Positions 38,882 through 53,187 of a stretch of 64,000 bases of DNA are shown piece by piece. The notes beneath the pieces are model-generated. The model worked only from the letters and a program-made list of their open reading frames with translations. It ran no database searches and was not told the DNA's origin. Every line of letters starts with the position of its first letter. The first letter of the stretch is position 1. Origin of the DNA: Mobula hypostoma (lineage: Eukaryota); assembly GCF_963921235.1 (NCBI RefSeq), contig NC_086108.1, forward strand, positions 61,134,001 through 61,198,000, read 5' to 3'. A program made the translations under genes and the position numbers.

Positions 38882-39008
38882 CTGTGGGGACAGCAGCAGC
38901 ACTGAATGGAACAGATCCAAACAAATCTGGTCTCCCTGGTGGCTGAGCACTTAGAACTCCTGAGGCAAATGCATCAGGACCAAGGGCATTAGCTGGTGAT
39001 GCTGGGGT
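38882..39008 (-). CDS. DAB1: DAB1 exon
   Basis: ctcatccag|ACC CCA...CCC ACA G|GTAAAC, 127 nt. TPASPANALGPDAFASGVLSAQPPGRPDLFGSVPFSAAAVPT(G). Confidence 0.93.
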
Positions 39009-39825
39009 CTGGATGAGAGAGAAAAGATGTAGACTTAACAATGTTGATAACCACATACAACACAAGTGACTCTCTACCTGCTGAGCACAATTTTTAAAAT
39101 AAAAAAAATCCAAGCTTTCAATATTCTTAGCTTTTCAATAGCATTAAGAGCTTTATGAATGATGCCTGTGGTTGCAGAGAGATTACAAAAGTCACCTTAT
39201 CACTGTTACAGATATTTTTTCCATATGCCTAGAATTAAGTCTAATAAAGTAAAAAAAAATACATTGTGGGATTTCAGGACTTAAATATTTCCATTCATTT
39301 CGTCTTAAAGTTGCTTTGAAGGTTCACAGCAATGACCTACTTACTGTCAGCTTTGCTGCTGCATCACATCAAATAAATGGAAATACCTGATATGTTCCCT
39401 TCATGTGCTATAGTAATATAAAAATGGCAACAGCATTTTAAAGCTGCAACAATGTATCCAATAGGCTTGAATAATACAATCAACCATCAATAATAAGGAT
39501 TCTCAAAATCAAAATAAATACTATCCTTAACAATAGAATTTAATAGCATTTTCTGGAAGTATTATCCCAGGCAGCAGTCAAATTTGACTGTCCCTGCTCT
39601 CATCTAAGCCTTTAAGATTGTGGTGGAAATATTTGAAATAGCATTAATGATCTGATGTAAACATTTACATAAAAGTTTAAAATGTGACCTTGGATATCGG
39701 ATTACTCAACGTCCTTTTTTTTTTACCTTGACTAGTTCTCTGTGTAGTCAACAAACAAAGAGAACATAACTGTTGCCATCAAAATTTGAGTGATATTGAC
39801 AGACATTAAAAATGATGACACCTAC

Positions 39826-39888
39826 CCCAGGAGATGTGATGTCCGGGGGAGTTGACATATCACCAAAGAGGTCCAGTTGATTAATAGT
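39826..39888 (-). CDS. DAB1: DAB1 exon (QLDLFGDMSTPPDITSP)
   Basis: ccttacag|ACT ATT...CCT GGG|GTAGGT, 63 nt. TINQLDLFGDMSTPPDITSPG is a DAB-family signature. Confidence 0.96.
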
Positions 39889-42800
39889 CTGTAAGGAAAT
39901 ACACCAGTAAGACTATAAAGGTATTTTATACACAACCAAGATTATTGTAAGCATTAAGCTGTATAACATCTTTTGTATAAACACAGTAGTAGTTCAGTAC
40001 CCCACAGAGATCAAAGACAATCTGATCATTTAAAGAGCACAGAATAATCTGATAGCAACAGAATTTGCAAAAACTATTTTACTTAGTCACTGTAACTCCA
40101 GGGCATTCTAATCTTCTGATACATTAAAAGAGAAAGAAGGAAGATTTCTTTATCTGAGTGTTAATAGTTTGGGGTGCCTTGCTTGCACAAGGTTGCCGCA
40201 GACGTGTTACTGATTGCAAAACTGATCTGGAATACCAAAAATATTTTATGAACAACTCACTCCTTCAAGGTAGAAGGCCCAATCATGACTATACATTAAG
40301 AATGCAGGATGCTAAGAATTATGCGCCCTTTAAATTATTTCAGTAGCAAGAATGCTTCCTATTAATACATGTTTTGAGAAAGGACATCTTTCACATCAGC
40401 TGGCCAGCTCCAAGTGATCCTTCTCTCAGAAAACATTGATCTCATAATCCAGAGAACAACAGCTCAGTTTGAAATGAATTAGAAGTAGGAATATCAGCAC
40501 CAGTGACTTTATAAGCTTAGTTAGTTCACCTTGTGCTTTGGGAAGGAATCTTTCCATCTGTACCAGGTTGTGTGACTTCAAACTCACAGCAACATTGTTA
40601 TCACTTAATTGTTCTCTGAACTGTCATGTTAGAGGCACAGCTGTGTAAAGCCCCTGTTCTATATTGGACGTCCATCACCATCTCAGAAATTGTTACTTTC
40701 CACAAGTAGTAGGGCTGATTATCACCACTACCCACTAACTCCACCACTACTTTATTGCTTCCTGTCAGTCACCATATGTACAGCATAATGTCACTTTAAG
40801 GACACAAAACCAATTTATGTATATAAGCTATCTTATGTATTTATATTTATCGTTTGTTTTATTATTGTTGTGTTCTTTATCTTTTGTGGGTTTTCTTGAG
40901 ATCGAGAGTAACAATTATTTCATTCACGTTTACACTTGCGTACAGGAAATGACATTAAACAATCTGTATAGGGCAAATGTGAATGATAGCCTTGCTACTC
41001 TGCATCCTTGCGATGGATAGAATAAACTAATTTTGTTCAACATGCTTCCTCACAAGATAGTTTTCCTTTGTTACGCTAACATGATGCAATCAGACCCACT
41101 GCAATCACAAAATAAAAAAGATAACATTTTTCAGTAGTAGTTGGTACAACACTTTAGAGCCAACTGTAGGATGGGGGTTCAATTCTGGCTGCTGTCTGTA
41201 AGGGGTTTGTACGTGATCCCTGTGATTGTGTGGGTTTCCTCCAGGTGCTCTGGTTTCCTCCCACATTCCAAAGATGTGCGAGTTAGGGTAGTAAATTGGT
41301 GCAAGAATGTGGCTGCTCCAAGACATCCCTGATGCAATTGACATATTTCACTGTATGTTTCGCTCTGTTGATGAATATGTGACAAATAAAGCTAATCTTT
41401 GATGCAAATAGACCATCTCAATTTGATGGAAAAGAACAAGGACAAGGAAAGAAAGGCAGTATGAATCACTAAATCTTAGTGTGTGGAGTGAAAATGCTGT
41501 CAGAATTTTCTTCTCCTTTGCTGAGGGAAGTTGAGGTCATATGGATCACTTCCGACACGGCTACAGCTTCATTGGAGGTCAGCCCAGTCACAGAAGTTCA
41601 AACGCTTTCATTTTGAGGCACAAGAAAGGAGCAAAAGTGTCTGGAAATTAGACTGCTCAGTGTTAGTTTCTCTAAGTTCTCTGTGATTTATTGCATTTTT
41701 GCCCGGAGTAGATAGTAATTGCAACCATCTCCCAGTCACATGACACCAAATGGCAATTCAATGGGGTGATTCCTGGTGTGATTCACCCTTGTGACCCTGA
41801 CATAATTTACACATTGAGAAGCACAGCACGATGTCATTCATTGTGCAACGTTCTTTTAGAACATCTCAGGGGAATCTGGACTACTGAGTGCCGAGACACC
41901 CATTTTTCACAATCCCTGGATTGCACTGTTTTACTTCCACAGTGTCAGACTGGGAGGTCTGCAAGGTAAGTAAATTATGTACAAAAAATCTGCTGGAGGG
42001 GATCATTGAGTTGAGCGGCATCTGTGGAGGAAAGTAATTGGCAATGTTTCAGGTCTAAACTCTTCATCAGAACAATTCCTCCCCCGACCCCCACCCCCAC
42101 AGATGCTGCTCGAACCATTCAGTGGATTTCTCTTTTTGCTCAGGATTCCAGCATCTGTATTCGCTTATGTCTCCAAGTAGATTACGTACCTATATTCAGA
42201 AAGGTAGGTGACTAGAGAATGGCAATGATCAGGGGTAAATGAACAGCAGCTCATGAGACTCTGCATCACCTGACCACTTTTGTCAGGTAAATATAAATGT
42301 ATAGTAGTGCAGTAATTAGTCCCTCATAGTTAAAGGGACTGGGTCTGACCATGACCCTGGTTGCTATCTGTTTAGAGTTTGCATATTCTCTCTATGGATT
42401 TCCATTGGCTGCTCTGCTTCCCTCCCACATCACATGTGTGGGTAGCTGAATTGGCTAATAGACTATACGTTTCCGCTTAGTAGGTGGCAAAAGAGTGAAA
42501 ATCAGAATTATTGTGTGCATATATGTTTGTGCTGCAAGTACAAAAGAAAAAGAGATAAAGAGAATACGTGTCTGGATCAGAGGGAAATAAGGAAATTAGG
42601 AATGGAACAGACAGATTAGCTCTTCTGGCATGAACTTGGGACTGAACTGGCCTCTACTGATTCATGATGAATAAAACTAATGCTGATTATGAGCCAACAA
42701 ACAGCTGCCTGCCTCAGAGAAAATTGCTTGATGGTAGAATTCTCCTGGTTATAGCACTTATATACAGAAAATACCTGATAGTTGATTGAGGAAAGAAAAC

Positions 42801-44769
42801 CAGACGTTTATTCTTGGATCTTTACCAAGAAAGCAGGTTTACACATCAGGGCTCAGCCATCCTTAAGATATTTCAGCCAGCATCAATGCATTTAAGTTGC
42901 ATCTAAAACTACATCATCAGTAGTCACACCAGGATGACCTCCGTTAGGTCAATCTACCCAGGTATAACACAGCGAAGAGGTATTTCAAGGCAGGCTATTT
43001 CATAATGCTGCCTTTTGCATTACGTAAATATACACTTATTTGAAATCTCATATATGAATATTGAAGCTCATAAGAGTCGGCCTAAAGCTTCAAAGGTTTA
43101 TTTATTATCAAAGTATACAACTCTGAAGTTCTTCTTCTCCAGATAGTTATGAAACCAAGAAAGAAATGGAAAGCAGCACGATCATCAGCCCCCAAATCTC
43201 TCCTACCCGCACAAAAAAATGAACACAAATGGAAAAGGCGCATCGACCCCCAAATCCTCTTCCCCCACACACAAAAAATGAGAAAGATCGAGTGAGAAAC
43301 ACAGAATACAAAAGCACTATAAAACTGAAAGAAAGTCCACATCCAAAACACAGAAAACCTGGGCAACATTCTTCCTCTCTGTAGCAAACGCCATTGAGAA
43401 CAATTATGGCAACAAAATCTCGATCGAAAGTGTGCCATACATAATTACAATTGGCAAATTTTGCATCAAATTAGTTAAGTGCAGCTAAAAAAAGGCATAG
43501 CATTAACTAGTGAAGGTATGTTGGTTTACTTTAAACATCATAATATTAATCCAGTAAAATATTATTCTGTGATATAATTACACCAGATCGCCAACAATGT
43601 TTTTGACTTTGTGTTCTTAATGCTGGAATAGATGAACAATTTAAAACCCAAGACGCTGTAATCTAAATATTATTAAAATATTATGCTAACTAATTTCTCT
43701 ACAAATTGTAATAACCTAATATCTCAAAGTTTAATAACTAAATCAAACAAAAACACCATTTGAAATACTCTACTCTTTCAACATTTTGATGGTCTTAATC
43801 CCAAGATTATCACATTTGTCTTCCTCTTTTGTTGGTTTCATCTGTCCACTGACAGATTAATCAGATGACTAACAAAAGTAGATAATGGAGTTGTAATCCA
43901 GGATTAGAACAGAAGGAAGATCTGCTTGTATTAATAGTTACTAAATTACAGACCAATATCTCTGAATTTCCACACAAATCATCTTCATTGTTTATCTTTG
44001 CTCTCTTTCAATTGTGCAGATTAATGCATAGTAGGAATACTTCTCAGAAGATTCAAGAATAAAACACCCGACTGTACAAAAGCAAGTTAAGTTTGGTGAG
44101 AATTTTAAAAAAAGATGGAGCTCTGTCCCCGCACACTGGCATTCCACTGTATTTTACTAGCTACAATTAAAATGTAGGGCAAGGTTTTACCAAGTATTTC
44201 ACCTGACAGATAATACTTCTATAATAGTTAAGAAAGCTTTCTGCGGTTGTACAGGCTGCAAACGTACTGGATGATTGTGAAGGTGCAGGAGGTAATGGAG
44301 TAGGAGCACACACAGGGCTGCTGTTTATTTCCCAGGTATAGAGTGGCAAGGGCAAGCCTATTCACCTCAACAGAGAAGACTGACTGTGAGGGAGAAAATT
44401 GTAAGATTTATTCATTTTATAATTTTTATAAGTTAATTACAAGTACAATTGTTTTAAAGCAGAAATTACTGGAAATACTTCGCAGCAAGTTGTCTATAAT
44501 GTTTGTGTTTTCTAATTTTAAAAAACTTGTTTAAGAAATTTTAATTAAAAATTGCTAATCATCTGTAAATGGGAAGGGGGAGATAGAGGAATTGGGAACG
44601 GGGAGCAATGGAAAAAATCGATTAGGATGATTTGGATCAATGGGAGTGATGTTGCATTTGAAAGCTGGGTCTCATTAGAGTAGAAAGAGTCGGGTTTGTG
44701 TAAGGTGGGGATGGGAGCAGGAGATTCTCATTGAATTCTTTGTGGGTTGTCGAAGGATCAAATATAAAA

Positions 44770-45720
44770 TTGGAATTGGAAATGCAATTGGTTCATTACT
44801 GTCACGAGTGCCACTGTATAGCGAAAAGCTTGGCTTGCAGACTATTCACGCAATGCAGAGTTCATTGACATAGGACAGAACGCAGAATGAAGTGTAACAG
44901 CTGCAGGGAACGTGCACTGCAGGTAGACAATAAGGTCCAAGGCCAAAACGAAATAGATTGGAAGGTCAAGAACCATTCAATAATCTTATAACAGTGGGGT
45001 AGAAGCTGCCCTTGATTCTGTTGGCACATGCTTCCAGGCTTTTGTATCTTTTGCTCGATGAAAGAGGGGAGAAGAGAAAATCTTTGGGCTGATTAAACTG
45101 GTCGCTTTACTGAGGCAATGATAAGTACAGAATCCATGAAGACGAGGCTAGTTTCCGTGATATGCTGAGATGTGTCTTGCATTATCAGCAGAGCAGTTGC
45201 CATAACAAACTATGAGGAATCCAGATAGGATGTTCTTTTGGTTACATTGATAAAAATTAATAAGGATTGACAGGGACATGCCAACTTCCTTTTGTCTCCT
45301 GAGGAATTAGAGGCTTTCGTGAACTTTCTTGATCATGGGATCTACATGGTTGGACCAGGGCATTCTACTGGTGTTGTTCACACCTAAGAACTTGAAGTTC
45401 TCAACCCTCTCAACCTCAGCACTATTGTAGTCAGGAGTATGTACACTATGCTGCTTTCTGAAGTCAATAGCCAACTCTTTAGTTTTGCTGAAATTGAGTG
45501 AAAGGCCCTTCTCAATGCACCATCTTGCTCTCTATCTCCTTCCAGTACTCCGACTCATCGTTATTTGAGATACGGTTCACCACGGTGGTATCATCTGCAA
45601 ACTTGTGGATGGATTTAGAGCAGAATGTGGCCATGTAGTCGTAAGTGCACAATAATACAGTAGGAAGGCTGAGAATGCTGCCTTATGGAGCACAGGTATT
45701 GAGTATAACTATGGCAGAAG
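44770..45720 (-). mobile_element. Decayed Rex1/Babar-like LINE
   Basis: Minus strand carries aagtttgcagatgataccacc (KFADDTT), ttcaagttcttaggtg (FKFLG) and gacttcagaaag (DFRK). Confidence 0.7.
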
Positions 45721-45829
45721 TGCCGCACACACGGAATCTCAATCTATCAGTTTAAAATGTTGTTATCCTGAGACTGCCCAATGACAGTCACTCTTCTGGA
45801 AACAAAAGTCAAAGCTAGGATGACTTACT

Positions 45830-46705
45830 CCAAGACTTCCATGACTCCCTTTGTCCACTTGCCCTTCCCCATTGATCCCCCTCCAGGCACATCCCTGCAA
45901 CCATGTGAAGTGCTATACCTGCCCCTACACCTCCGCCCTCACCACCATTCAGGGCCCTAAACAGCTTCACCTGCGAATCTGTCCGTGTCTTGTACTACAT
46001 CCGGTGTCTCAGTGAGGCCTTCTCAGTGAGACCCGATGCAGAGAGGGGGGTTGCTTCATAAAGCAACTTTGTTCCGCCTACTGTAACCACCAGGATCTTC
46101 CAGTGGCCAGCCACTTCCCATTCCCGCACTGACATCTCTGTCAATAACGACATTATTGCCAAGTTGAGGCTAGACACAAATTACAGGAACGACACTTTAT
46201 TTTCTCCAGCCTGACAGCATGAACATCAATTTCTATAACTTATGGTAACATTTCCCTCTGCTCCACCCCTTTGTTTTCCCTTAACCATCTGGGCAATATC
46301 ACCCCTTCTTTTTACTCTCCCTGCCACTCTAAATTGGTCTATCACCTAGACATTCCTCCCTCTAGTTCCCCTACTCATCTCATGTATTATTTTCTTCAGT
46401 CCACTGTCCTCCCCAATGAGATTCCATCATCTTCAACTCTTTGTCACCTCCACCCATCACCTCACAGCTTCTGACATCATTACCACACTCTCCCTGCCTC
46501 ACCTGCCTGTTTTCCCTCCTCACCTCGAACCACCTATTGCCCGTCAGCTCTTACACTGCTCCCTCTCCCAACCCTTTTATACTGGCTACCTCCCTTCTTC
46601 CTTTCCAGTCCTGATGAAGGGGCTGGATCTTAACATCAGCTGGCCATTTCCCTCCATAGATGTTGCCTGACTCATGGAGTTTCTCCAGCATTTTGAGTGT
46701 TACTT
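45830..46705 (+). mobile_element. Penelope-like element 3' fragment
   Basis: ccagtggccagccacttc...cagcctgacagcatgaacatc, a pyrimidine-rich tract, and a pLTR with CTGATGA at 46611. Confidence 0.75.
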
Positions 46706-47089
46706 CTCAGCGGTCTTGTTCCAGTGTTGGTGTAACATGAGGTAACCTGGAAATGGTTATTAACACCGAGTCAAGGGTTCATATGGCAAGGAAGCAGACC
46801 CAAAATGTCCATGCCAAGTGAATTGCCGAGAGATCAAGTCCCATCTGCTCATGTTTGGCTCAGGGCCAATGTCTCCCATCCATATACTTCACTTAATAGT
46901 TTTTAGAAGTTGCTAATGCCGCTATTTCTGGCAGCTCACTTCAACTATGTAGCACCCTTTGTGTGAAGAAGCTGTTGCTGATGCCCCTATTAAATCTCTC
47001 AGCTCTGATCTCAAATCTATGACTTCGTTTTTAGCAACCTCTCCCTGGAAAAAGGACTACACACTTTCACCCCTCATGATCTTATATAT

Positions 47090-48600
47090 CTATCAGGTCA
47101 GAATCAGAATCAGGTTTAACATCAATGGCATATGTCGTAAACTTGTTCACTTTGCGGCAGCAGTACAATGCAATACCTGACAATATTAGGGAAAAAACTA
47201 TGAATTACAGTATTATATATACATCCGATGTTCTCAGTGTGGCCTTCTCAATGAGACCTGATCCGGACAGGGGGTTATAAAATAGTTAAACTAAATAGGC
47301 AGTGCAAAACAAAATAAAAATGCAGTGAGGTATTGCTCATGGGTTCAATGTCTGTTTAGAAATTGGATGGTTGAGGGGAAGGCGCTGTTCCTGAATCGCC
47401 AAGTGTGTGCCTTCAGGCTTCTGTACTTCCCTTCCAGATGGTAACAATGTGAAGAGAGCATGTCCTGGGTTGTGGGGGTCCTTAATGATGGATGCCACCT
47501 TTTTGAGGCATTGCTCCTTGAAGATGTTTTGGATGTGATGGAGACCAGTGCCCCATGACAGAGCTGACTAATTTCACAACTATCATAGCTTACTTCGATC
47601 CTGTGTGGTAGCAACCCGCCCCCACCCCGACTCCATACCATGCAGCCAGTTAGAATGCTCTCCACAATACAGTTGTAGAAATTTGCGAGTGCTTTAGGTG
47701 TGATAGTAAATTTTCCTTAAACTTCCAATGAAATAGAGCTGCTGTCTTGCCTTCTTGATAGCTGCATTGATATGTTGCAATCAGGTTAGGTCCTTAGAGT
47801 TATTAACACCCACGATCTTGAAATTACTCACTCTGCACTTCTGATCCCTCGATGAGGACTGGAGTGTGTTGCCTCATTAGAATTAGAATTTATTTATATC
47901 TTACATCCATCCCACAATGTAAGGGAGTAAAAATCTTCATCGCAAAGTACGGACATGTAAATTTAAAAGTCTAATGGCTTGTAGAAAGAAGCTGTCCCGT
48001 AACCTGTTGGTCTCAACTTGAATGCTGCGGTACTGTTTGTCAGACGGAAGCAGTTGAAACAGTTTATGTTTGGGGTGACTGGTGTGACCGATGATCTTCC
48101 AGGCTTTCTTTACACACCTGCTGCTGTAAACATCCTCAGGGGAGGAAGTTCACATTCACAGATGCACTGGGCTGTCCATACCACTCTCTGCAGAGTGGAG
48201 ATGCTGTTTCCAATCCACACAGATTGTGGTCTTCCAGTTAGGAAGTGGAGGATCCAGTTGCAGAGAGAGGTACAGAGGCCTAGTTTCTGTAGCTTTTTCA
48301 TCTGGACTGTAGGAATAATGGTGTTAAGCACTGAGCTGTGGTCAATAAACAGCATCCTGACATAGGTATTTGTATTGTCTAAGTAATCCAAGGCCACGTG
48401 AAGAGCCAATGAGATCACCTCAACCATAGACCGATTGTGGCGAAACGCAGGTTGCAGTGGGTCCAGGTCCTTGCTGAGGCAGGAGTTGTTTCTAGCCAGG
48501 ACCAACCTTCCTAAGCACTTCATCACTATAGATGTGAGTACTACTGGATGATCTCACACTGCTCTTCTTGGGCACTGGTATAACTGTTGCCCTTTTGAAG
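47090..48600 (-). mobile_element. Two adjacent Rex1/Babar-like LINE fragments
   Basis: [10 protein letters not shown]...[13 protein letters not shown]...[18 protein letters not shown]...[21 protein letters not shown], and a (AGAATC)n tail at 47100. Confidence 0.88.
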
Positions 48601-49620
48601 TGTCACCCTCAATCTCTTACATTCCAGGGAATTAAGTCGTGGTCAGTGCAACCTCTCCTTGTCACCTGGACCCCCAAATCCTGAGAGCATCCCAGTAAAT
48701 CTTTCTCTGCACTCTTTCTATCTTAATAATGCGATCAAAGTGCAGCCTCACCGAAGTTTTATATATATATAAATGCAGCATTACTTCCCAACTCCAATAC
48801 TCAGCGCCCTGACTGATAAAGGTCAGTGTTCTATACACCATCTTCACCACCCTATCTACCTATGCCACCACTTTCAGTGAATTATGCACATGCACTGAGT
48901 TCCTCTGTTCCAGAAAACTCCTCAGAGCCCTATCATTCACTCTATAAATCACACCCTGGCTTTCTTCACTCTGGGCCAAATCAACTTTTACTTGTATAGA
49001 ACTGAGTGTACTATCTTAGACCATGAGACCAACAGACATATTTGCAGAATTAGGCCATTCAGCCCATCAATATGATCCACCATTCCATCATGACTGATTC
49101 CTCTCAACCTCATTTCTCTGCCTTCTCCCTGTAACCTTTGATGCCCCGAGTAATCAGGAGCCTATCAACCTCCGAGCTAAATATACCAATTGACAGCCTC
49201 CACAACCATCTGTGGCAACAAATTCCACAGATTCACCACTCTCTGGCTGAGGAAATTTTTCCTCATCTCTGTTCTAAAAGGGACGTCCTTGTATTCTGAG
49301 GCTGTGTCTTCTGGTCCTAGATTCTCCCATTAGAAGAATCATCCTTTCCAAGTCCACTCTATCCAGGCCTTTCAGCATTTTATAGGTTTCAAGGAGATTT
49401 CCCCTCACTCTTCTAAACTTAAATGTGTACAGGCCCAGAGCCATCAAATGCTCCTCAAGCATTAACCCTTTAATTCCTGGGATCATTCTTGCGAATCTCC
49501 TCTGGACTCAGTCCAATGCCAGAGCATCTTTTCTTAGAAAAAATAGACAAGGGCCCAAATCTGCTCACAGTACTCCAAGTGGAGTGTGACCAATAACTTA
49601 TTTAGCTACGGCACTACATC
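48600..49620 (-). mobile_element. Two CR1 3' fragments
   Basis: IPGIKGL...LGLYTFKFRRVRGNLLETYKMLKGLDRVD...SRTRRHSLRI. Confidence 0.85.
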
Positions 49621-51804
49621 ATAAACATGGGAACATAATTGTAATTGGACTAGCCAGTACAGGACATTTGGTTTTTGAACCATTACTGGTTGGTTTATCT
49701 CCTGGAAATTGGGCCAAGTCATCAAAAGGAAAGGTGTTATCTGTAGTAAGTATTCACACCAATATTACCAGTGTAATATTACGTTAATTTATTAACACTC
49801 AATTGCTATTCAAATAAATGCAGATTGAGACCAGGCTTTGATGCTGTTATTGGTTCAACCAGCATGAGACCCAATAGGGCTGAATTACATTCTCATGTCT
49901 CTGCTACATTTTTGGTCGGGAAACTGCCCATGGGTGGTTAAATACACTCATTGAGCTCTGCTCACCAGCATGCAGATGCTCATTAAATGTTAATAGCAAC
50001 ACAGAGTTGAGTGCATCATCTTGACACCTCGAGGAAATTACACAGCCGGAACCATTTTGCAGTGCTGCAGACAGTGTAAGCTGGCTTATTAACATACCAT
50101 TACATACTGTCTACAAGTCATATGGAATCATTGCCGAGATAACAGAGTAAATAATTTGATTAATAAATCACTGCCATTTAATTTCAGAAAATTTCATAAA
50201 AGTCTGACAAAAAATAGACATTATTGATGGCTAAAAGTACTCCCACAATAAAACACCCACTTAACAATCATGTCCTCTAAGAATAAGTAATAGGTACACA
50301 GGGGAAGAATGCAGAAATACCGTACATACCTTAAAAGAAAATGGCCAACTATGAAAGCTTTTTCCAAATTGCAGTTAAGTAGAATGTACTTTCATGTGTA
50401 GACCACCAGGATATCAGTTCCACTGAGCTAACTAGAATACGTATCTTCTTTTATATAGTATGGCATTACCAACAGAAGCTTACAGCACACATAGCTTCAC
50501 TTCAAGCTGATGTAAAGTGAACCTTGCTCATTGTAAATGAATCTATAGAATACAGTCACAACTAATGTAAAAATGAGGAGAAATACAAGATCTACGTTTG
50601 ATAGTTGCTTTAATAGATACTCTGACAATGGATTACAATGGAATAATGTGTGGTATGTGAATTCTTCACATTTTTAAAAGAATTAAATTGAATCTTCTTG
50701 CCCCATATATCAGCTTTGATCAAGAAGGAGGCTGGGGGACCTGCCTGAGTTATTGGAAGGTGCACAAGACCAGTCTGTAGCATTCCTTGAATATATAATT
50801 TAGTTTCAAATGATACCCCTCAATGGAACAAAAGCTTAGCAAACATCAATCTGGGATATCTGTACGGCCACTGTGTATGTGAGGATTCATTGCTCCATTT
50901 TATCTATTCAAGATATATATTTTTGCAATGTTCATACTGATATAGTAGAATTATAGATGCTTCAGTATCTTTTTGCATACTTCCTCTAAAATTACAACCC
51001 AACAAGACATCATCCATGCATACTCCACACTCCACCATATACAACTTTCACCGCTTTATTTCAGATCTATACATCAACTCCTGATTTAAAAAAAATGCTG
51101 TTCCCATTTCTTTAGGTTAGATAATGAATTGTTTCCTATGATATACTGGTACATTGCTATAAACTACCAACTTTTTTTTGGATTCTTGTATCCCAAATGG
51201 AACATATTTTCCTTGGAATTCATTTCTATTGCGGAAATTCCTTAAAGGTTTTGTAGCTTCCCAAACTTAAGCCCATTTTACTTGCAACTGCTTGGCTGAA
51301 TCCTGAAAATGGCCTAGATTTGGCCAAGCTTTTGGCCTTGTCATAGTGCTGAAATGCTTACATTGCTCTGTGATTAATCTATGGTGATCTATGCCTCTTT
51401 GCTCTTCTCAACCTCTTTGCAGCTTCCTGACCCCCATTTTCCTCCAGTTGTGCTTCAACATCATCTACAAACGTAGATTAGGGAATCTCTCTTACCTGGT
51501 TCCATTCTTATTTTACCAACTGCAGTCAAATATACTTGCTTCTCCACCATTACCACTGGAGTTAACGAAGGGACCTCTACTGTTCCTCACTGACATCCTG
51601 CCTCTCAGCATTATTCAGTAACTAAGTGGTTCACTCCATCATCACCTCCACTGTACCTATGTTGCCAGAACTGTTTAGCAAACACACGGTACAGAATAGG
51701 TTGAACTGCTCTCCAATTGAAGATGTACAGTTGAAATCCTGACCCACGCATCGTTAGCATTATACTTGACGTGACTTGCTAATCCACCTGCTCAGCATCA
51801 TTTT

Positions 51805-52440
51805 TTTTAGATTATGAAGACATGCAGTCCTCTTTTTATTGTCATTTAGTAATGCATGCATTAAGAAATGATACAATATTTCCTCTGGTGTGATATCACA
51901 AAACACAGGACAGACCAAGACTGAAAAAAATTAACAAAACCACATAATTATGACATACAGTTACAGCAGTGCAACAATACCATAACTTGACGAAGAAGTC
52001 CATGAGCACAGTAAAAGTTCAAAGTCTCTCAAATGTCCCACATCTCACGCAGACGGGAGAAGGAAGAAAAACTCTCCCTGCCATGCCCGACCGCAATCCA
52101 TCTCTGAGTCATCCGAAAACTTCGAGCCTCCGAATCAGCTCTCCAACACCGAGTACTGAGCGCCATCTCTATCTGAACGATTCAACCTTCATCTCGGTCA
52201 CAAACAGCTGGCAAAGCCGGGGATTTTGAGGCCTTCCCTCCGAAAGATTCCCGATCACGCAGTAACAGCAGCAGCGAACTGGCATTTCAGAAATTTTTCC
52301 AGATGTTCCTCTGTTCTTTCACATCCGTCTCCATCAAATCAGAATTGTCCACGGCCCCTATTTAATGGATATGATATCATTTTTCACTGGAGGGCTGCGC
52401 ACGCATGGCGCGCTGCTCTCTCTCCTCCCTCCTTTTGATT
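51805..52440 (-). mobile_element. Unclassified CpG-rich interspersed repeat
   Basis: Sharp compositional shift with intact CpGs. LINE-like 3' end (aataaaaagaggactgcatgtcttcataatctaaaaaaaaa on minus). Confidence 0.45.
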
Positions 52441-53187
52441 CAAAATTATCTTTCTCCTTTTTTTCCTTGGCCTTGTTCCCTCTCTCTTTCTGTAACGTCA
52501 TCTGGGCTTACCATTTGTTGACATATCTACACTGTTCTATCTGTTGGTTAACCCATTATATGTTGGTGCACTTTGTCTCACCGATTAAAATTTTCCATTG
52601 ACTGTTCTACTAATTTTTTTCTCTTCACCTTTCCACTGTAATACTTCCTCACTCTCAGCTGTTACATAAAGACAGTTCTTCAGGTGCAATTCCCCTATCT
52701 GGATAATGGTGAAGCACAATTAGAGGAACTGCTTGCCTTTAAACGAGGGTCCAACAAGTTTCTTTACCTCTCACTGAAAGGATGAATTACTAAAGGACTA
52801 CTGGCCTATCTGCTGGTAGATTTATCAGATTTTTCAGGGATAATTGAAAACATTTATACTTTACTCTCCAAAGTTATGATTGAAAAGTTATCGCCAAAGC
52901 ACTTTACAAAATGACAAAATGACAATTCATTGTAGCAGATCAAAATGTACTGTAAAAGTTAGATGATTTTACAAAGGAGACAAAGTTCAGTATGCTATAC
53001 CTCATGCAATTAAATTCCAATCCAGGATTTTCAACTTGAATCATTAACTCTTCTTCTTTTCTCATATATGTGGCCTGACATACTGATTATATCCAGCACT
53101 TTCCATTTTTATTTTAACTTTCCCTACTTATATGTTTTCCCAATGCTACAAATAGCCACATCCAATCTATTTACTGGCAGCACATAC

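Noticed and set aside
39330..39370. Possible microexon ending in GTAAGT between two DAB1 exons
   Set aside because: 11 or 14 nt, not frame-preserving, and a poor pyrimidine tract.
44167..44355. Pro/Ser-rich ORF LPLPLYTWEINSSPVCAPTPLPP...
   Set aside because: No ATG, an in-frame stop just upstream, and no phase-0 acceptor leading into this frame.
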